Part shown: one piece after another, positions 15,215 to 27,501 of the stretch
Layout of the letters: every line of letters starts with the position of its first letter
How positions within the stretch are numbered: position 1 is the first letter of the stretch
DNA from: Coraliomargarita sp.
GTDB lineage: Bacteria > Verrucomicrobiota > Verrucomicrobiia > Opitutales > Coraliomargaritaceae
Length of the DNA: 64,000 nt
NCBI GenBank assembly: GCA_965216325.1
Contig: OZ244160.1
Location: 2,240,001-2,304,000 of the forward strand
Reading direction: 5' to 3'
Notes under the pieces: generated by a model
Told to the model about the DNA's origin: nothing
Databases searched by the model: none
Seen by the model: only the letters and a program-made list of their open reading frames with translations
Made by a program: the position numbers and the translations under genes

Positions 15215-15619
15215 TTACAGTGCGTCGCGAATCGCCGCGTAGATTTGCTGGGACTCTGCGAGGCTGCCGAGCTTGCCGACACGGATACGGATTTCGGTTT
15301 GGCCCTCTGCGAGCTGCTTGAGGCGAATGGTTACCTTCTCGTCGCCAACTTTACGGGCGTAAATCGTGATGGAAGATTCCTTGTGGAGCTCGCCGGTTCG
15401 ATAGTAACCGAGGTCGTCGATCTCTTTAATCGCAGTGCGGAATACGTTCGATGCTTGGCCGTCAACTGGGCCGCGGAAGTAACCTGCTTGATAGGTCGCG
15501 GTTTGTTCGAGTCCGGATTGCGGGTCGATTGCGACAGATGTTTGGCAGCCGGTGAAAACCACCGTGAGGAGCGCGAAGAATGTGACGATTGTTGCTTTTA
15601 CTTTCATAGTTAGTGGCAT
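15215..15619 (-). CDS. Lipoprotein (DUF3568-like)
   Basis: Lipobox [20 protein letters not shown]-terminus. Confidence 0.65.
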   Translation of the reverse strand: MPLTMKVKATIVTFFALLTVVFTGCQTSVAIDPQSGLEQTATYQAGYFRGPVDGQASNVFRTAIKEIDDLGYYRTGELHKESSITIYARKVGDEKVTIRLKQLAEGQTEIRIRVGKLGSLAESQQIYAAIRDAL

Positions 15620-15646
15620 TTAGAAACGATTTCTCACAAAGTGCAA

Positions 15647-16606
15647 TCAGAAGCTTTTATGATAAGTCACTTCGTTGCGGTCTTTGAACACCAGTTTGCC
15701 CTCTTGAGTTCCAAGGAAGATCAGACCTGTGCTTGAGTCGACTACATCCCCGATTCGGAAGCTGTCATTGTTGAGCATGACGCGCGCGTTGGCACCTGTG
15801 CGGACCATGCCAATCTGGGCGGATGACAGGAAGCCTGACACACTTGTGCGCAAGTCTCCTGTTGGTGCGGTCGGTTCCGGAGGAGTGCTCACTTTACTTT
15901 CAGTGATTGCGTTCTCGGGAGCATCATCAGCATCGGGAGCATGGGGAGTTGCCGGTTCAGCTGACTCGCCGGTGATCGCTTCGATGTCCGCAACGGGAAC
16001 CTTGTCGATATTGGCCTTGGCGTGCTCAATTGGATTCTTCGGTTGTTCAGGCGTCTCAGTTGCTGTCTGTTGGCTCGTTTCTGGGGCCGCTTCGGCTTGC
16101 ATAAACATTTCCCAGACCGCATAGCCGCCTCCGCCGAGAATCAGCATCAGGACGATGATCAATGCGATACTGGTGCCTACACTGCTACGTGCTTTAGTGG
16201 CTTCCGGTGCTGGCGCGGATGTGGCCTTGAGGCTCTCTTGCAAGTGTTGTTCGACGCCTGCTGGAGGGCGTTCGTCGAGTCGATTCTGTAGTCCGGGCGC
16301 GAGTTCTTGAGTAGGCTTCGTGCTGGGCGCTTTCGGGGCTGGTGGATTTTTGGGGAGTGGCGGCGTGGCTTTGGGGGCCGCTTCCTCGGGCTCAGGGACC
16401 GGAGTTGGAGACGAAATTTCGTTGGCCTTGATACTGTTCTCCTCGATCGGCTTCTTGGGAACTAGTTTGGGCAGTGGCTCGGGTGTGCTTGGCTCGGTTT
16501 TAAGGGGAGGAGTCAACTGAGCTTTGGGTTCATCTGAAGATTCCTTGGTTTGGCTCGGGCGCTGAAGTTTGAGCTTTGGCGGCTTATTGGCAGGGTCGTC
16601 ACTCAT
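15647..16606 (-). CDS. Pro-rich single-TM hypothetical protein
   Basis: Low-complexity Pro/Glu N-terminus, one TM, small C-terminal beta domain. Confidence 0.6.
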   Translation of the reverse strand: MSDDPANKPPKLKLQRPSQTKESSDEPKAQLTPPLKTEPSTPEPLPKLVPKKPIEENSIKANEISSPTPVPEPEEAAPKATPPLPKNPPAPKAPSTKPTQELAPGLQNRLDERPPAGVEQHLQESLKATSAPAPEATKARSSVGTSIALIIVLMLILGGGGYAVWEMFMQAEAAPETSQQTATETPEQPKNPIEHAKANIDKVPVADIEAITGESAEPATPHAPDADDAPENAITESKVSTPPEPTAPTGDLRTSVSGFLSSAQIGMVRTGANARVMLNNDSFRIGDVVDSSTGLIFLGTQEGKLVFKDRNEVTYHKSF

Positions 16607-16900
16607 AGATAATTGTGGCGAACCCTAAGCGTTGCTTAACTGCAGGCAAACTGAAATCCCCTAGTGTAGGCTGATTTAATAGCCTCTTTACAGGTTTATG
16701 GGCCAAATTGGGGCACAATAAAGCCCGCCTCCCTATTGGAAGACGGGCTACTGCTAACCTTATTAACCCTAACTAACATACAGTGAATACTCACTGAACA
16801 TTGAATAAGAGTATATAAATCGGGCTTTGTTCCTGAGGATTACAGAAAAAATCACTTTTTTTGAAGCGACAGCTACAATTAGCACTGTTTGCATGCTATC

Positions 16901-17494
16901 ATGTTTACCGGAATCGTTGAAGAAACAGGAACAGTCGTCTCTTTTGTCGAGCAGGACAGTGCTTGGCGCTTGGTGTTGGGGGCGCATGTGGTCACGCAAG
17001 GGCTTCAACTGGGCGACAGTGTCGCAGTGAATGGCTGCTGCTTGACTGCGGTCGAATTTTCCGAGGATCGGATTGAGTTCGACCTTCTGGCTGAGAGTGT
17101 TCGTTTGACCTCGATTCAGGGAGTTGGCCCCGGTGGGAAGGTGAACTTGGAGCGCGCTTTGCTTCCGACTACGCGGATGGGCGGACATTTTGTTTCCGGC
17201 CATGTGGACGGCACTGGAGTGATTGAAGCGATTGAGCCGCGTGGGAAGGATTTTTACCTGCGGATCAAACCCGACCCCGGGATGCTCCGCTATATTGTCA
17301 GCAAGGGCTGCATCGCGATCGATGGTATTTCCCTGACCGTTGCTGAGGTGGATGACGCCGGCTTTGCGATTTGGCTGATCCCGCACACGATGGAGGTTAC
17401 CAATCTGCACACCAAGCGGGCTGGAGATCTCGTCAATTTGGAATACGATCTAGTCGCTAAATACGTGGAGAAGCTATTTGCTCCGGGCGCTTAG
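16901..17494 (+). CDS. ribE: Riboflavin synthase alpha chain
   Basis: MFTGIVEE N-terminus, [22 protein letters not shown]. Confidence 0.93.
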   Translation: MFTGIVEETGTVVSFVEQDSAWRLVLGAHVVTQGLQLGDSVAVNGCCLTAVEFSEDRIEFDLLAESVRLTSIQGVGPGGKVNLERALLPTTRMGGHFVSGHVDGTGVIEAIEPRGKDFYLRIKPDPGMLRYIVSKGCIAIDGISLTVAEVDDAGFAIWLIPHTMEVTNLHTKRAGDLVNLEYDLVAKYVEKLFAPGA

Positions 17495-17544
17495 TGACAA
17501 TGATCGCCCTGGAGTGAGGGCGTGTTTTATATGAGGGAGCTCTT

Positions 17545-18264
17545 TTACTGGGACTTCCACTGTTCGGAGCGCGTGATTGCTGCTGGCATCGCCACCTCGT
17601 TCAGGATGCGTCCGTTCTTGTAAACACGAACCCAGCAGCCTGCCAGTTCGTCTTTAGACTGCCTGCTGCCCCCGTTGGTGTAATACCAGCCCTCCTTGAG
17701 TTTACTGGAGGTCATTTGGAATTTCTCCGTTACGTGCTTAAGGGGTTCGTCCACCGCCAAGGTCTTAATGCTAAACTTGTTGGTGTTACGCTTTAACTTG
17801 CCCTGCTCCTTTTCAATCGCGGCGACTGCCTCGTCGAACATGAAAATTATATACTCGACTTCGATATCGCCGACCTCGCCGCGAGTCTCATTGGTAATCG
17901 ATATTTCGTAGCCTTCCATCCATGTCTTGCTGTCTGTGGAAAGGCTACTGCTCTTGCTTCGGTCGCCTGTAACCCGGCGAATCTTGACCTCCAGGGCATC
18001 GCGCTGCGAGAGGCGGTTCATCTCATCCCAGTCTTTGATGAATTGCTGATCCTTGTCGGAGAATGTGCTTAGATTGACTGTAAATTGTCGCCCGTCTGCT
18101 TTACGTTTGATCGTGATTTCATTAGCGCTTACACGTTGGATCGCTGCAACTATCTCGCGACCGTCCATGCTTTTAAATGTGCGGTATTCAGAGCTGCCCC
18201 ATACTGAAAGAGTTAGCCAGAGCCAGCTAAGTATCAATGCGTAAGTGTTTTTCATGGAACGCAT
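17545..18264 (-). CDS. Secreted hypothetical protein with SHD1-like N-terminal domain
   Basis: Signal peptide; RTFKSMDGREIVA...FSDKDQQFI pattern. Confidence 0.6.
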   Translation of the reverse strand: MRSMKNTYALILSWLWLTLSVWGSSEYRTFKSMDGREIVAAIQRVSANEITIKRKADGRQFTVNLSTFSDKDQQFIKDWDEMNRLSQRDALEVKIRRVTGDRSKSSSLSTDSKTWMEGYEISITNETRGEVGDIEVEYIIFMFDEAVAAIEKEQGKLKRNTNKFSIKTLAVDEPLKHVTEKFQMTSSKLKEGWYYTNGGSRQSKDELAGCWVRVYKNGRILNEVAMPAAITRSEQWKSQ

Positions 18265-18358
18265 GGGTAATTACGTAGGACGAAATAGGCAATAGGGAAC
18301 AAGGATGACACGTAAGTGTTATCCTGAAGTCTCGACCTGGTGGCTTGCGTGGGCTTGG

Positions 18359-18793
18359 CTAGCGGACCCTTGCAAACCGTGCCAGTGTTTCGCCGTTACG
18401 CTTGATGACAAGTCTGCCACCCATGCTACGCGAGATGTCGCTGTTCTGGAACGCTGAGATGAGCCTAGCCTCCAATTGCTGCACGTCGGTATTCGATGGG
18501 CGTTTTGAATAGACTAGGTTCCCGATGCGTTGGCCGCGGATTTGAGCGGTCCATTGATTGACGAAGGCCTTGCCATAGATGGTGTTCTCACGGATTTGCA
18601 TCGTTGCAAAGGAATCTTCGTCGCTGAGTGAGACGTCGTTCAACTGTACCAACTTGTAATTGCCGTCGAACTTACCCCCAGATTTGTCTGAGGACGCACA
18701 GCCGACAAACAGGCTGACTAGAAGGGCGATAAAAATAGCGTAGGCTCGATTCATATGCACCCTCGTAAAGACTGCCTTGCAGTTGCGCAACAC
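18359..18793 (-). CDS. Lipoprotein, META/HslJ-like
   Basis: Lipobox FVGC; YKLVQLN...YGKAFVNQW; real start probably MNRAY. Confidence 0.5.
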   Translation of the reverse strand: MLRNCKAVFTRVHMNRAYAIFIALLVSLFVGCASSDKSGGKFDGNYKLVQLNDVSLSDEDSFATMQIRENTIYGKAFVNQWTAQIRGQRIGNLVYSKRPSNTDVQQLEARLISAFQNSDISRSMGGRLVIKRNGETLARFARVR

Positions 18794-18794
18794 T

Positions 18795-19853
18795 CTAACT
18801 GAAGAGTTGCCTGCGGAACCAGAAGGCGACGTTGACCAAGGCGATCATGACTGGAACTTCGACAAGAGGGCCGATGACTGCAGCGAATGCGGCTCCGCTG
18901 CTGATGCCGAACACGGCCACCGCGACGGCGATCGCGAGTTCGAAATTGTTGCTCGCGGCGGTGAAGCTCAAGGTGACGCTTTGTTTATAGTCGGCGCCCA
19001 CCCATTTGCCCATTAGGAAGCTGACGAAGAACATGATCAGGAAGTAGATCGTTAGTGGCACGGCGATACGTAGCACGTCGATCGGTAGTTCGAGGATCTT
19101 CTCTCCCTTGAAGCTGAACATCAGCACGATGGTGAAGAGCAGAGCAATAAGCGTCAGTGGGCTGATCTTTGGAATGAACTTGGACTCATACCAGTCGCGC
19201 CCCTTGAGCTTCACGCCAATATAGCGGGTCAGCATACCACCGAAGAAGGGGATGCCGAGGTAGATGAGGACGCTCATTGCGACTTCACCCATGGTGATGG
19301 CGACCACACTACCTTCGAGGCCAAACACCTCGGGGAGAAATGTCATGAACACCCAGGCGTAGACACTGAAGAAGATGATCTGGAACATGCTGTTGAAGGC
19401 GACGAGTCCTGCTGCATATTCGTTGTCGCCCTCGGCGAGCTCGTTCCAAACGATGACCATCGCGATGCAGCGGGCGAGGCCGATCAGAATCACACCGGTC
19501 ATGTATTCCGGGTAATCGCGTAGGAAGATGATCGCGAGCAGGAACATCAGCACCGGTCCAATAAGCCAGTTCTGAACCAGCGACAGTGTCAGCACTTTTA
19601 CGTTGCGGAAGACGCGGTGCATCTCCTCGTAGCGCACTTTGGCGAGTGGCGGATACATCATCACGATCAGACCAATCGCGATGGGAATATTGGTGGTGCC
19701 GATCTGAAATTTGTTGAGAAATGCTTCGGCCCCTTCGAAGAGGGCGCCGATTGCAACACCAGCCGCCATGGCGAGGAAGATCCAGAGGGTCAGAAAGCGG
19801 TCAAGAAAGCCCAGCTTCTTGCCGCAGGGGGTGCAGTTTGGGTCGTTGTTCAT
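18795..19853 (-). CDS. acr3: Arsenite efflux transporter, ACR3 family
   Basis: [37 protein letters not shown]. Confidence 0.93.
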   Translation of the reverse strand: MNNDPNCTPCGKKLGFLDRFLTLWIFLAMAAGVAIGALFEGAEAFLNKFQIGTTNIPIAIGLIVMMYPPLAKVRYEEMHRVFRNVKVLTLSLVQNWLIGPVLMFLLAIIFLRDYPEYMTGVILIGLARCIAMVIVWNELAEGDNEYAAGLVAFNSMFQIIFFSVYAWVFMTFLPEVFGLEGSVVAITMGEVAMSVLIYLGIPFFGGMLTRYIGVKLKGRDWYESKFIPKISPLTLIALLFTIVLMFSFKGEKILELPIDVLRIAVPLTIYFLIMFFVSFLMGKWVGADYKQSVTLSFTAASNNFELAIAVAVAVFGISSGAAFAAVIGPLVEVPVMIALVNVAFWFRRQLFS

Positions 19854-19943
19854 GATCCTCTGAATCTTCGTCGTAATCCTAATCTTACTCTGCGTATGCT
19901 GCGTTTGGGGTTTGGATTAAGACTATAATTACGATTAAGTTTT

Positions 19944-20381
19944 TTATGCGCTGACCGCTTCGCGGTAACCCGCTGCGTAGGCTTCGAAGACGAGTTTGAT
20001 CTCGTCGCGAATGCGGCGGAAGGCGTCGAGCTCGCTTTCGCCCTCGCGTTGTGCGTGTGGGGGGTCTTCGAAGCCCCAGTGGTAGCGGTTGACCATGCCG
20101 GGGAAGGTCGGGCAGGCTTGGTCAGCATTGCCGCACACCGTGATCACGGTGGTGATGCCTTCGTTGAGATAGAGATCGAGGTGATCGGATGTGTGCTCGC
20201 TGGCATCGTAACCGATTTCTTTCAGTGCCTCGATGGCGAGTGGGTGTACGGCGCCCTTAGGCTTGGAGCCAGCGCTGTAGACGTCGAAGAGATCGCCCGC
20301 AGCAGCGCGCAAGATGCCTTCAGCCATGTGGCTGCGGCAGGAGTTACCTGTACAGAGAATGAGAACTTTTGGTTTGGACAT
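19944..20381 (-). CDS. arsC: Arsenate reductase (LMW-PTP/thioredoxin type)
   Basis: [31 protein letters not shown]. Confidence 0.92.
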   Translation of the reverse strand: MSKPKVLILCTGNSCRSHMAEGILRAAAGDLFDVYSAGSKPKGAVHPLAIEALKEIGYDASEHTSDHLDLYLNEGITTVITVCGNADQACPTFPGMVNRYHWGFEDPPHAQREGESELDAFRRIRDEIKLVFEAYAAGYREAVSA

Positions 20382-20412
20382 GATTGTTTATTAGTTGGGA
20401 AGTGGTTTTGAA

Positions 20413-21405
20413 TTAGAGATAATTGGCCAATGCGTTGAGCAAGTAGCCGGTGAAAATAATCGCGAGGGTGGTGATGCCGAAGTAGATGCCAATTAGCTGC
20501 AGCTTCATGGTGCGGCGTAGCATGATCGCTTCAGGCAGACTCAAGGCAGCCATGGCCATCATGAAGGCGAGGGCAGTGCCGAGTGGAATACCCTTGTTGA
20601 AGAGCACGACGGCAATCGGCACGATCGCAGCGCAGCTGCCATACATGGGCACGCCGAGCACGGTAGCAATGGGCACCGAGAAGATGCCGGTGGCAGCCAT
20701 CAGCGAGTGGATGGTGTCCTGCGGAACATAGTTGTGGATGAAGGCGCCGATGCCCACACCAACCACGACCCATAGCCAGATCTGCTTGATGACACTGACA
20801 GCTTCGTCGACGCCGTAGCGCAAGCGAGTCGCTAAAGTGTGCTGGATCTCATCATCGCCCTCGTGCACGCCATCGGTAATGTCTTTCTCAAGATACTTGC
20901 GTAGGCCCATCTTGCCGAGGATCGCACCAGCCGCGGTGCCGATCAGTAGACCGCTGCAGACATAAGCAACCGTCACCGGCACGCCGAATTCACCTGCCAT
21001 GAGAATCACCAAATATTCATTGATGATCGGCGAAGTGATGAGGAAGGAGAAGGTCACACCCAGCGGGACGCCCGCTTTGAGCAGACTGATGAAGATCGGA
21101 ATCGACGAGCAGGAGCAGAACGGCGTGATCGCACCGAAGAGTGCGGCCACGAAATTGCCCATCATGCCGCCTTTGCTCATCCAGGCTTTCAGGCGCTGTT
21201 GCGGCAGCCAGGTGCGGATGAAGCCGATCACGAAGATCATCACCGCAAGCAGCAGGAAGATCTTGACGGTGTCGTAGAGGAAGAAGTGCAGGGCACCGCC
21301 CAGCTTCGTACTCAGGTCCATGCCCACGCCATCGAGCAGCTTGGTGACGAGCTCCGCGAGGAAATCTCCCTCGTGCTCGCTATGTGGTTCAGTTTCTAGC
21401 AGCAT
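20413..21405 (-). CDS. arsP: ArsP/DUF318 permease
   Basis: [10 protein letters not shown] motif, multi-TM, ars operon context. Confidence 0.8.
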   Translation of the reverse strand: MLLETEPHSEHEGDFLAELVTKLLDGVGMDLSTKLGGALHFFLYDTVKIFLLLAVMIFVIGFIRTWLPQQRLKAWMSKGGMMGNFVAALFGAITPFCSCSSIPIFISLLKAGVPLGVTFSFLITSPIINEYLVILMAGEFGVPVTVAYVCSGLLIGTAAGAILGKMGLRKYLEKDITDGVHEGDDEIQHTLATRLRYGVDEAVSVIKQIWLWVVVGVGIGAFIHNYVPQDTIHSLMAATGIFSVPIATVLGVPMYGSCAAIVPIAVVLFNKGIPLGTALAFMMAMAALSLPEAIMLRRTMKLQLIGIYFGITTLAIIFTGYLLNALANYL

Positions 21406-21578
21406 TTTCCGCCCTTACCGTCGCTACCATTGCAGCAACTGTTTTGGGCCTTTTCATCGGCTTTTGCTTTCATGCTGTTGTCCAACTTTGTGAACATGCG
21501 GGCGAAGAAACCGCCCTTGGCCTCTGGTTGCGCATCTGCTGGTTTCAGATCTTTAATTTCTTTGTTTTGATCGCTCAT
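21396..21578 (-). CDS. Small Cys-pair protein in the ars operon
   Basis: 60 aa between arsR and arsP, ends [14 protein letters not shown]. Confidence 0.6.
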   Translation of the reverse strand: MSDQNKEIKDLKPADAQPEAKGGFFARMFTKLDNSMKAKADEKAQNSCCNGSDGKGGKCC

Positions 21579-21624
21579 AATTTGAATGATTGCTCATTGT
21601 GTGACGAAAATCTTGTTCTTGATA

Positions 21625-21694
21625 TGGAGGGCAACGCTCCGTCGTTGCCATGCCAGTGATCTTAGATGTGGCAATGGCGGAGCATTGCCCTCCA
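21625..21694. repeat. TGGAGGG-type palindromic doublet
   Basis: TGGAGGGCAAC...TTGCCCTCCA; second copy at 30060-30149. Confidence 0.65.
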
Positions 21695-21704
21695 CGCGGT
21701 CCGC

Positions 21705-22088
21705 CTAGCAGCAGCCGATGCTTTCGCAGACCGGCTCTGGGCAGTCGAAAGGATTCTTGGTGAGTTGTTGGACGAGTGCTTTGCGCGCCTTGAGGTCTTG
21801 CTGCAGCTGGTTGCAGTCGGCGCAGTCAGCTTGGCGTAGATAGTCGATATTGGACTGAAGTAAGCCGTTCAGCGGCGTGTTCAGGTGGTAAATCATCCAG
21901 GTTCCTTCACGCTTTGAGTCCACGAGGCCAAGTTGTTTCATGCCGGCGAGTTGCTTGGATATCTTAACTTGCTTGGCATCAAGCAGATCCTGCAAATGGC
22001 AGACGCATAAGGGCCCAACTTCCAGTAGGTTGAGGATGCGTAAGCGCTGGGTGTCAGCGATGCACTTGAAGATGTCGGATGCTTCCAT
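21705..22088 (-). CDS. arsR: ArsR/SmtB repressor
   Basis: [22 protein letters not shown]. Confidence 0.9.
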   Translation of the reverse strand: MEASDIFKCIADTQRLRILNLLEVGPLCVCHLQDLLDAKQVKISKQLAGMKQLGLVDSKREGTWMIYHLNTPLNGLLQSNIDYLRQADCADCNQLQQDLKARKALVQQLTKNPFDCPEPVCESIGCC

Positions 22089-22177
22089 TGGGTGTGTATA
22101 TTCTATTTATAGTATATACTGTCAATGGTATATTTGGCCCTGCAGCTACATGAATCCTTGGTTCTGTATAGTTGTAA

Positions 22178-23821
22178 TTGTGCAAAGGATTCTTTCGCTT
22201 GTCGCTTATGCTACTGACCCTGCTGATTCTAACTTCGATTTTCCTGCTGTTAGCTTACCGCTACTATGGTGCATTTCTTGAGCGTCGCTGCCGGATTGAA
22301 GCGGATCGAGAAACACCTGCTTGCGAGGTCAATGATGGAGTGGACTATGTGCCGACGCGTGCCTCGGTGTTGTTCGGGCACCATTTCTCGTCGATTGCGG
22401 GCGCTGGTCCGATCGTGGGGCCGATCATTGCAGCCGCAGTCTTTGGCTGGGGCCCGACTTGGGTTTGGATTCTGATCGGCGCGATCTTTGTCGGTGGCGT
22501 GCATGATTTCGGCAGCACACTGATGTCCCTGCGCTATGGTGGGCGCTCGATCACGTCTACTTGCCGGAAATTAGTCGGGGAGACGACTGGTAAGCTCTTT
22601 CTGATCTTTGTGCTCTTGGCCTTGGTCTACGTGATTGTGGTGTTCTTGGACATCACGGTCACTGGTTTCATGCAAACGCCGGAAGTGGCGACGGCATCGG
22701 GCTGGTTCATTTTGGTTGCCTTGGCCTTTGGCTTGGTGGCGCGCAAGTCGGGTATTTCCTACAAGTTGGTAATTCCATTCTTTGTGGTGCTGACCTATCT
22801 CGGCTTATGGGTCGGGGTGAAGTTTCCTGCGCCAGCGCTGAGTAAGGAGTTTTGGATGGGCGCACTGGTGTTGTATTGTTACTGCGCGGCGATCTTGCCG
22901 GTGAGCACCTTGATGCAGCCACGCGATTTCCTGAGCGCGACCTTCTTGTATGCGATTATGGGCTTGGGCCTACTCGGGCTCGCTGTGCATGGTGGTGGAT
23001 TTGAGCTGCCTGTCTTTACCAGCTTTGAGCCGAAGGATCTGCATTACATGGTGCCGTTTCTATTCATCACGGTCGCTTGTGGTGCCTGCAGTGGCTTTCA
23101 TAGCATTGTGAGTAGTGGCACGACTTCGAAGCAGATCAAGACCGAGCACGATGTGCGGAAGGTTTCGTATGGCGCGATGTTGGTGGAGGGCTTGCTGGCA
23201 GTGTTCGCCTTGGCTTGTGTCGGCGTGGTGGGTGGTTTGGATGGATCTCCGCTGGCTGCGTTTTCGAAGGGCTCTGCGATGTTCTTTGGCGCGTTGGGGG
23301 TGCCTGTTGAGCTGGGGGCGACCTTTGCAACTCTAGCGGTGAGCACTTTCTTGTTAACGACTTTGGATACCTGCACCCGTTTGACGCGTTTTCTCGTTGA
23401 GGAGCTATTTACATGGCGTAATGCAGGGAGTCGTTATCTGGGCACGGCCTTGGTCTTGCTGTTGCCCGCAGCCTGTGCGTTCGGAACTTACACTGACCCA
23501 CAGGGCAATGTATTGCCGGTGTGGAAGGCGATCTGGCCGCTGTTTGGAGCGACAAACCAGTTGTTGGCTGCTCTAGCCTTGATTACTTTTGTGGTGTTCT
23601 TGAAACATCGTCGGATTGCCTTTGGCTTTGTGCTTCTTCCCGCAATCGCAATTGCGATTATGCCGATTATGGCGCTGGTGATGATGGTTTTTCAGCACGG
23701 GCCGCTGAGCCTGCTGGGGGGCATTGCTCTGGGGATGGTCTTGCTGGGGCTATATGTGACGATGATGTCGCTGAAATTTGTGTTGGGTCCAGCTGCCGAC
23801 GGCTTGGGTGCGGAGGCATAA
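22178..23821 (+). CDS. cstA: Carbon starvation protein A family transporter
   Basis: [37 protein letters not shown]; start may be about 10 codons later. Confidence 0.9.
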   Translation: MCKGFFRLSLMLLTLLILTSIFLLLAYRYYGAFLERRCRIEADRETPACEVNDGVDYVPTRASVLFGHHFSSIAGAGPIVGPIIAAAVFGWGPTWVWILIGAIFVGGVHDFGSTLMSLRYGGRSITSTCRKLVGETTGKLFLIFVLLALVYVIVVFLDITVTGFMQTPEVATASGWFILVALAFGLVARKSGISYKLVIPFFVVLTYLGLWVGVKFPAPALSKEFWMGALVLYCYCAAILPVSTLMQPRDFLSATFLYAIMGLGLLGLAVHGGGFELPVFTSFEPKDLHYMVPFLFITVACGACSGFHSIVSSGTTSKQIKTEHDVRKVSYGAMLVEGLLAVFALACVGVVGGLDGSPLAAFSKGSAMFFGALGVPVELGATFATLAVSTFLLTTLDTCTRLTRFLVEELFTWRNAGSRYLGTALVLLLPAACAFGTYTDPQGNVLPVWKAIWPLFGATNQLLAALALITFVVFLKHRRIAFGFVLLPAIAIAIMPIMALVMMVFQHGPLSLLGGIALGMVLLGLYVTMMSLKFVLGPAADGLGAEA

Positions 23822-23895
23822 ATTCAGCCATCTAACACCTTGCTCAGTTGCAGCGGCACATGATGTCCATTGAGAATAGCTTTGTGTTGGGTAGC

Positions 23896-25203
23896 TTAAA
23901 GCAATTCGGCAATGGAGCCGAAGTCAGGGTCAAACAGGCGTTTGTAAGTGCGCACTGCCTGCATATCCGTTAGCCCTGCCGTGTAGTCGCAGAGTCGACG
24001 CAGTCGACTGGAATCCTCCGTCTCATGAGCGAGCAGTTCTTGCACAGCTGAGGGTAAGATGCGTAACCCCTTGGGATCGAGCGCATGTTCTTCTAACGCA
24101 CTGAATAATTTACCGAGGATCTGTCCGCCTTTGAATTCGATTTGTTGGATTTGCGGGGATTTGAAGATCAGATCCAGAGCGATTTTCTTGTAGAGTTTAC
24201 TCTCGGTTTTGACTTCCGCTGCAATCGTCAGGTCGAAGCCATGTCGGTGCGTTTTGTCGGCCAGAAAGCCTGTGCGGGGTGCAAGGGTGCAGCCGTGCAC
24301 AAACTTCCCAATGCGGCTGCCGAAGTAGGGCTCGTAGCGGCTTTCACGAATGACTTCGCAGAGTTTGTCAACGAGTTTGCTTTGTTCGAGGTTGAGGGAT
24401 TGGCTCTCTGCCCATTCGCTTAGGCTACCGACACTGATATAGCGGGCGTGGATGCCGTCGACGATGTCGTGGAGCGAGTAGGCTGTGTCATCGGCCCAAT
24501 CCATGATCTGGCATTCGATGCTCTTGAAGGCATTCAGTGCTTTCGGGCCCGCAAGCGTGGCGGGGAGTTCCTTTTGGTCAAAGATTGCCTTACGCGACGC
24601 GACTTGATCGTTGTAAATAAAGTGATGGGCAGGATGTGCACCGGAGTCGGCAATCCAATCGGCAGGCGTGGCTTTGTATTTCATCACCCCATCGAGAAAA
24701 GCCCGTGTCGGAGCGACGCCCTTGGTGCGGCCGGGGCGTTCGTAGATCAGTTCTGTGAGTATGCGCAAGGTTTGAGCGTTCCCTTCAAAGCCGCCGTGTG
24801 CTTCCATTAACTGGTTGAGCTTCCGCTCGCCAATGTGTCCGAAGGGGGGATGTCCTAAGTCGTGAGCGAGGCAGACGGCTTCTGTGAGGTCGGGGTCGAT
24901 GTAGAATTGATCGGTAAGCGCTGAACTGCTCGCTTTCAGGTATTCGCAAATGGAACGGCCGACTTTGGCGACTTCGATCGAGTGCGTGAGTCGTGTGCGA
25001 TAGAAGTCATATTCGCCGGATTGAAAGACCTGTGTCTTGGATTGGAGGCGTCGAAAGGGATATGAAAAGATGACCCGATCGCGTTCGATTTGAAAGGCGT
25101 TTCGGTAATCATCCTCTGGCGCTGGCGTGTTTGGAAAGCGTTGTAAGTCAAAGGGCTGGTAGAACTCGTTTGTCATTCGATTCGGGCTTGTGTTTCTGTT
25201 CAA
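23896..25203 (-). CDS. dgt: dNTP triphosphohydrolase (dGTPase)
   Basis: [43 protein letters not shown]. Confidence 0.9.
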   Translation of the reverse strand: MNRNTSPNRMTNEFYQPFDLQRFPNTPAPEDDYRNAFQIERDRVIFSYPFRRLQSKTQVFQSGEYDFYRTRLTHSIEVAKVGRSICEYLKASSSALTDQFYIDPDLTEAVCLAHDLGHPPFGHIGERKLNQLMEAHGGFEGNAQTLRILTELIYERPGRTKGVAPTRAFLDGVMKYKATPADWIADSGAHPAHHFIYNDQVASRKAIFDQKELPATLAGPKALNAFKSIECQIMDWADDTAYSLHDIVDGIHARYISVGSLSEWAESQSLNLEQSKLVDKLCEVIRESRYEPYFGSRIGKFVHGCTLAPRTGFLADKTHRHGFDLTIAAEVKTESKLYKKIALDLIFKSPQIQQIEFKGGQILGKLFSALEEHALDPKGLRILPSAVQELLAHETEDSSRLRRLCDYTAGLTDMQAVRTYKRLFDPDFGSIAELL

Positions 25204-25235
25204 CAGTGAGCGTAGTTAACGGAGTTAGCTCAACA

Positions 25236-25868
25236 ATGAAATACCTCAAGCCCCCAACCGTGCTGGCAGCTATCGCTGCTGGGCTTTTATCAACAGTTTT
25301 CGCGCCACAGGCCGAAGCCCGAATCGGTGAATCTGCCTCAACGATTGAGCGGCGCATTTATGCGAACGGTGGAATTAAGTATCGTGATGATGTGATACTC
25401 GAGAGCCGGAGTCGCGGTATGCCATACATGAAGTATATGGATTATATGCCCAATGGTGTCGCAGTGCAGATCTACTTTAAAACGCACGATGGGCGGAAGC
25501 CGAAATCATCCGATATGGAGACGAACCGTATGACCTCTGGCTGGGATTTACATGTGCTCTATCTGGATGGGAAATCGGCGATGGAAGTGTATAAGCGCAG
25601 TCAGGGCATGAGCGAGTTTGAGTTTAACCAGCTAATGCTCTTGCAGGGCGGCAGTGGTTGGCAGCGTGTTAAAAAGCCAGCAGCGGGTGAAGAGCCGCCG
25701 CCGTCTGCCTTCGGCTACACTATGGAAACGCGCGATGGGAGTCTACGCGCCAAGAAATTGGGCGCGGACACAGTGATGTTTTTCATGGCGGATATCGACC
25801 AGACCCTTGCCCTTGAGCAGCTGCGAGACCTTCAGGAGCTTGCGCCGCGCTCGGTGATGGGCTTCTAG
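25236..25868 (+). CDS. Secreted hypothetical protein
   Basis: Signal peptide from MKYLKPP ending AEA-RIGES. Confidence 0.6.
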   Translation: MKYLKPPTVLAAIAAGLLSTVFAPQAEARIGESASTIERRIYANGGIKYRDDVILESRSRGMPYMKYMDYMPNGVAVQIYFKTHDGRKPKSSDMETNRMTSGWDLHVLYLDGKSAMEVYKRSQGMSEFEFNQLMLLQGGSGWQRVKKPAAGEEPPPSAFGYTMETRDGSLRAKKLGADTVMFFMADIDQTLALEQLRDLQELAPRSVMGF

Positions 25869-25949
25869 CGCCGAGCGCATTTTCTCGGATTGCGGGGTTG
25901 AAAAGTTCTGTAAGCCCCGATGTCCTAGGCCGTTTTACACCCTCAGATT

Positions 25950-27407
25950 ATGGCAAAAGATTGGCTTGAAGGCATTGAAGATGAATACGACGTCGTGGTC
26001 GTCGGCTCCGGCTTGGGCGGACTGACCGGCGCGAACTATTTGGCGAAGAACGGCCACAAGGTGCTCCTGCTGGAGCACCACTACCAATTCGGTGGCCTCG
26101 CGACCTGGTTCAAGCGTCCCGGTGGGCACATTTTCGATATCTCCTTGCATGGTTTTCCCTATGGCATGGTGAAGTCCTGCCGTAAGTATTGGACCAAGGA
26201 GATCGCTGACTCGATTCACCAGCTCAAGGACGTCCGTTTCATCAACCCGCAGATGAATGTTTGGACTACGTTTGATCGTGACGACTTTACCCGAATTCTA
26301 GTCGAAGATTTCAAAATCGAGCGCGAAAAGGTCGAAGCCTTCTACGACCATCTGCGCCAGATGAACTTCTACGATGATAACACCCAGACCACGGGTGAGA
26401 TGTTCGAGGAGTTCTTTCCAGGCCGTTCCGACGTACACCGCTTGCTGATGGAGCCGATCTCTTACGCGAACGGCTCGCACATCGATGATCCGGCGATCAC
26501 TTACGGCATCGTGTTCTCCAACTTCATGAGCAAGGGTGTGTTCACCTTCCAGGGGGGCACGGATACGCTGATCAAGAAGATGGTGAAGGAACTGCAGAGC
26601 AATGGCTGTGAGGTTCGTAAGTGTGCACTGGTGGAGGGTATCGACGTTGAAGACGGCAAGGTCGTTGGCGTGCGTGTTCGCAGCCAAAATACCGGTGGCG
26701 AAGAATTCCCGGTCCGCACGGTCCGTTGTAAGGCGGTTCTTTCCAACGCGAATGTGCGCAACACCATCCAGTATCTCGTCGGTGAGGATAAGTTCAGCGA
26801 AGACTTCGTGAAGGAGGTCAAAGCTGTGCGCAACAACACCAGTTCCTGCCAAGTTTATATGGGCATTAAAAAGGGCGAAACCATCCCGAACATCGGGGAT
26901 CTCGTCTTTACCTCCAAGGCGCCCGAATACACGATCGACGAATTGACTTCGATCAAGACCAGCAGCCATACCTTCTCGGTCTACTATCCGGAGACACGTC
27001 CGCACCTCAAGGAGCCACGCTATACCGTGGTGGCTTCCCTGAATGCGCGCTGGGACGAGTGGAACGATCTGAGCGATGAAGAATACGAAGCGGAGAAGCA
27101 GCGCCTCTGCGACGAGTGTGTTGCCAGCCTCGAAACCTTCATCCCGGGCGTGAGCGAAAAGATCGATCACATCGAAGCAGCGACTCCGCGCACCGTGAAC
27201 TACTACACCAAATCGATGCAGGGCACCTCCTTCGGCACCAAGTTCGAAGGTCTCAAGGTTTCCATGGAATTGTCCGACCAGATCGAAGGTCTGTATCATG
27301 CAGGTTCGGTCGGCATCATCATGTCCGGTTGGTTGGGCACCATGAACTATGGTGTGATTACCGCCAACAAGATGGACAAGTGGCTCTACGAGAAGTCGAA
27401 GTCGTAG
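25950..27407 (+). CDS. FAD-dependent oxidoreductase, phytoene desaturase-like
   Basis: GSGLGG Rossmann motif, GGLAT, EAATPRT, GLYHAGS. Confidence 0.8.
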   Translation: MAKDWLEGIEDEYDVVVVGSGLGGLTGANYLAKNGHKVLLLEHHYQFGGLATWFKRPGGHIFDISLHGFPYGMVKSCRKYWTKEIADSIHQLKDVRFINPQMNVWTTFDRDDFTRILVEDFKIEREKVEAFYDHLRQMNFYDDNTQTTGEMFEEFFPGRSDVHRLLMEPISYANGSHIDDPAITYGIVFSNFMSKGVFTFQGGTDTLIKKMVKELQSNGCEVRKCALVEGIDVEDGKVVGVRVRSQNTGGEEFPVRTVRCKAVLSNANVRNTIQYLVGEDKFSEDFVKEVKAVRNNTSSCQVYMGIKKGETIPNIGDLVFTSKAPEYTIDELTSIKTSSHTFSVYYPETRPHLKEPRYTVVASLNARWDEWNDLSDEEYEAEKQRLCDECVASLETFIPGVSEKIDHIEAATPRTVNYYTKSMQGTSFGTKFEGLKVSMELSDQIEGLYHAGSVGIIMSGWLGTMNYGVITANKMDKWLYEKSKS

Positions 27408-27477
27408 GGGCTTCGCTTGCGGAGCCCGCGCAAGGAAGGCGCATGCTCGGGGCGGGCGTCGCAAGCAACGCCCCTGC
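27404..27477. repeat. GTAG-type REP doublet
   Basis: GTAGGGGC...GCCCCTGC; supplies the TAG stop of the upstream gene. Confidence 0.7.
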
Positions 27478-27501
27478 GTTTTTCTGAACTTAACATTTGC
27501 C

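Noticed and set aside
16610..16900. FMN riboswitch before ribE
   Set aside because: No recognisable RFN conserved motifs
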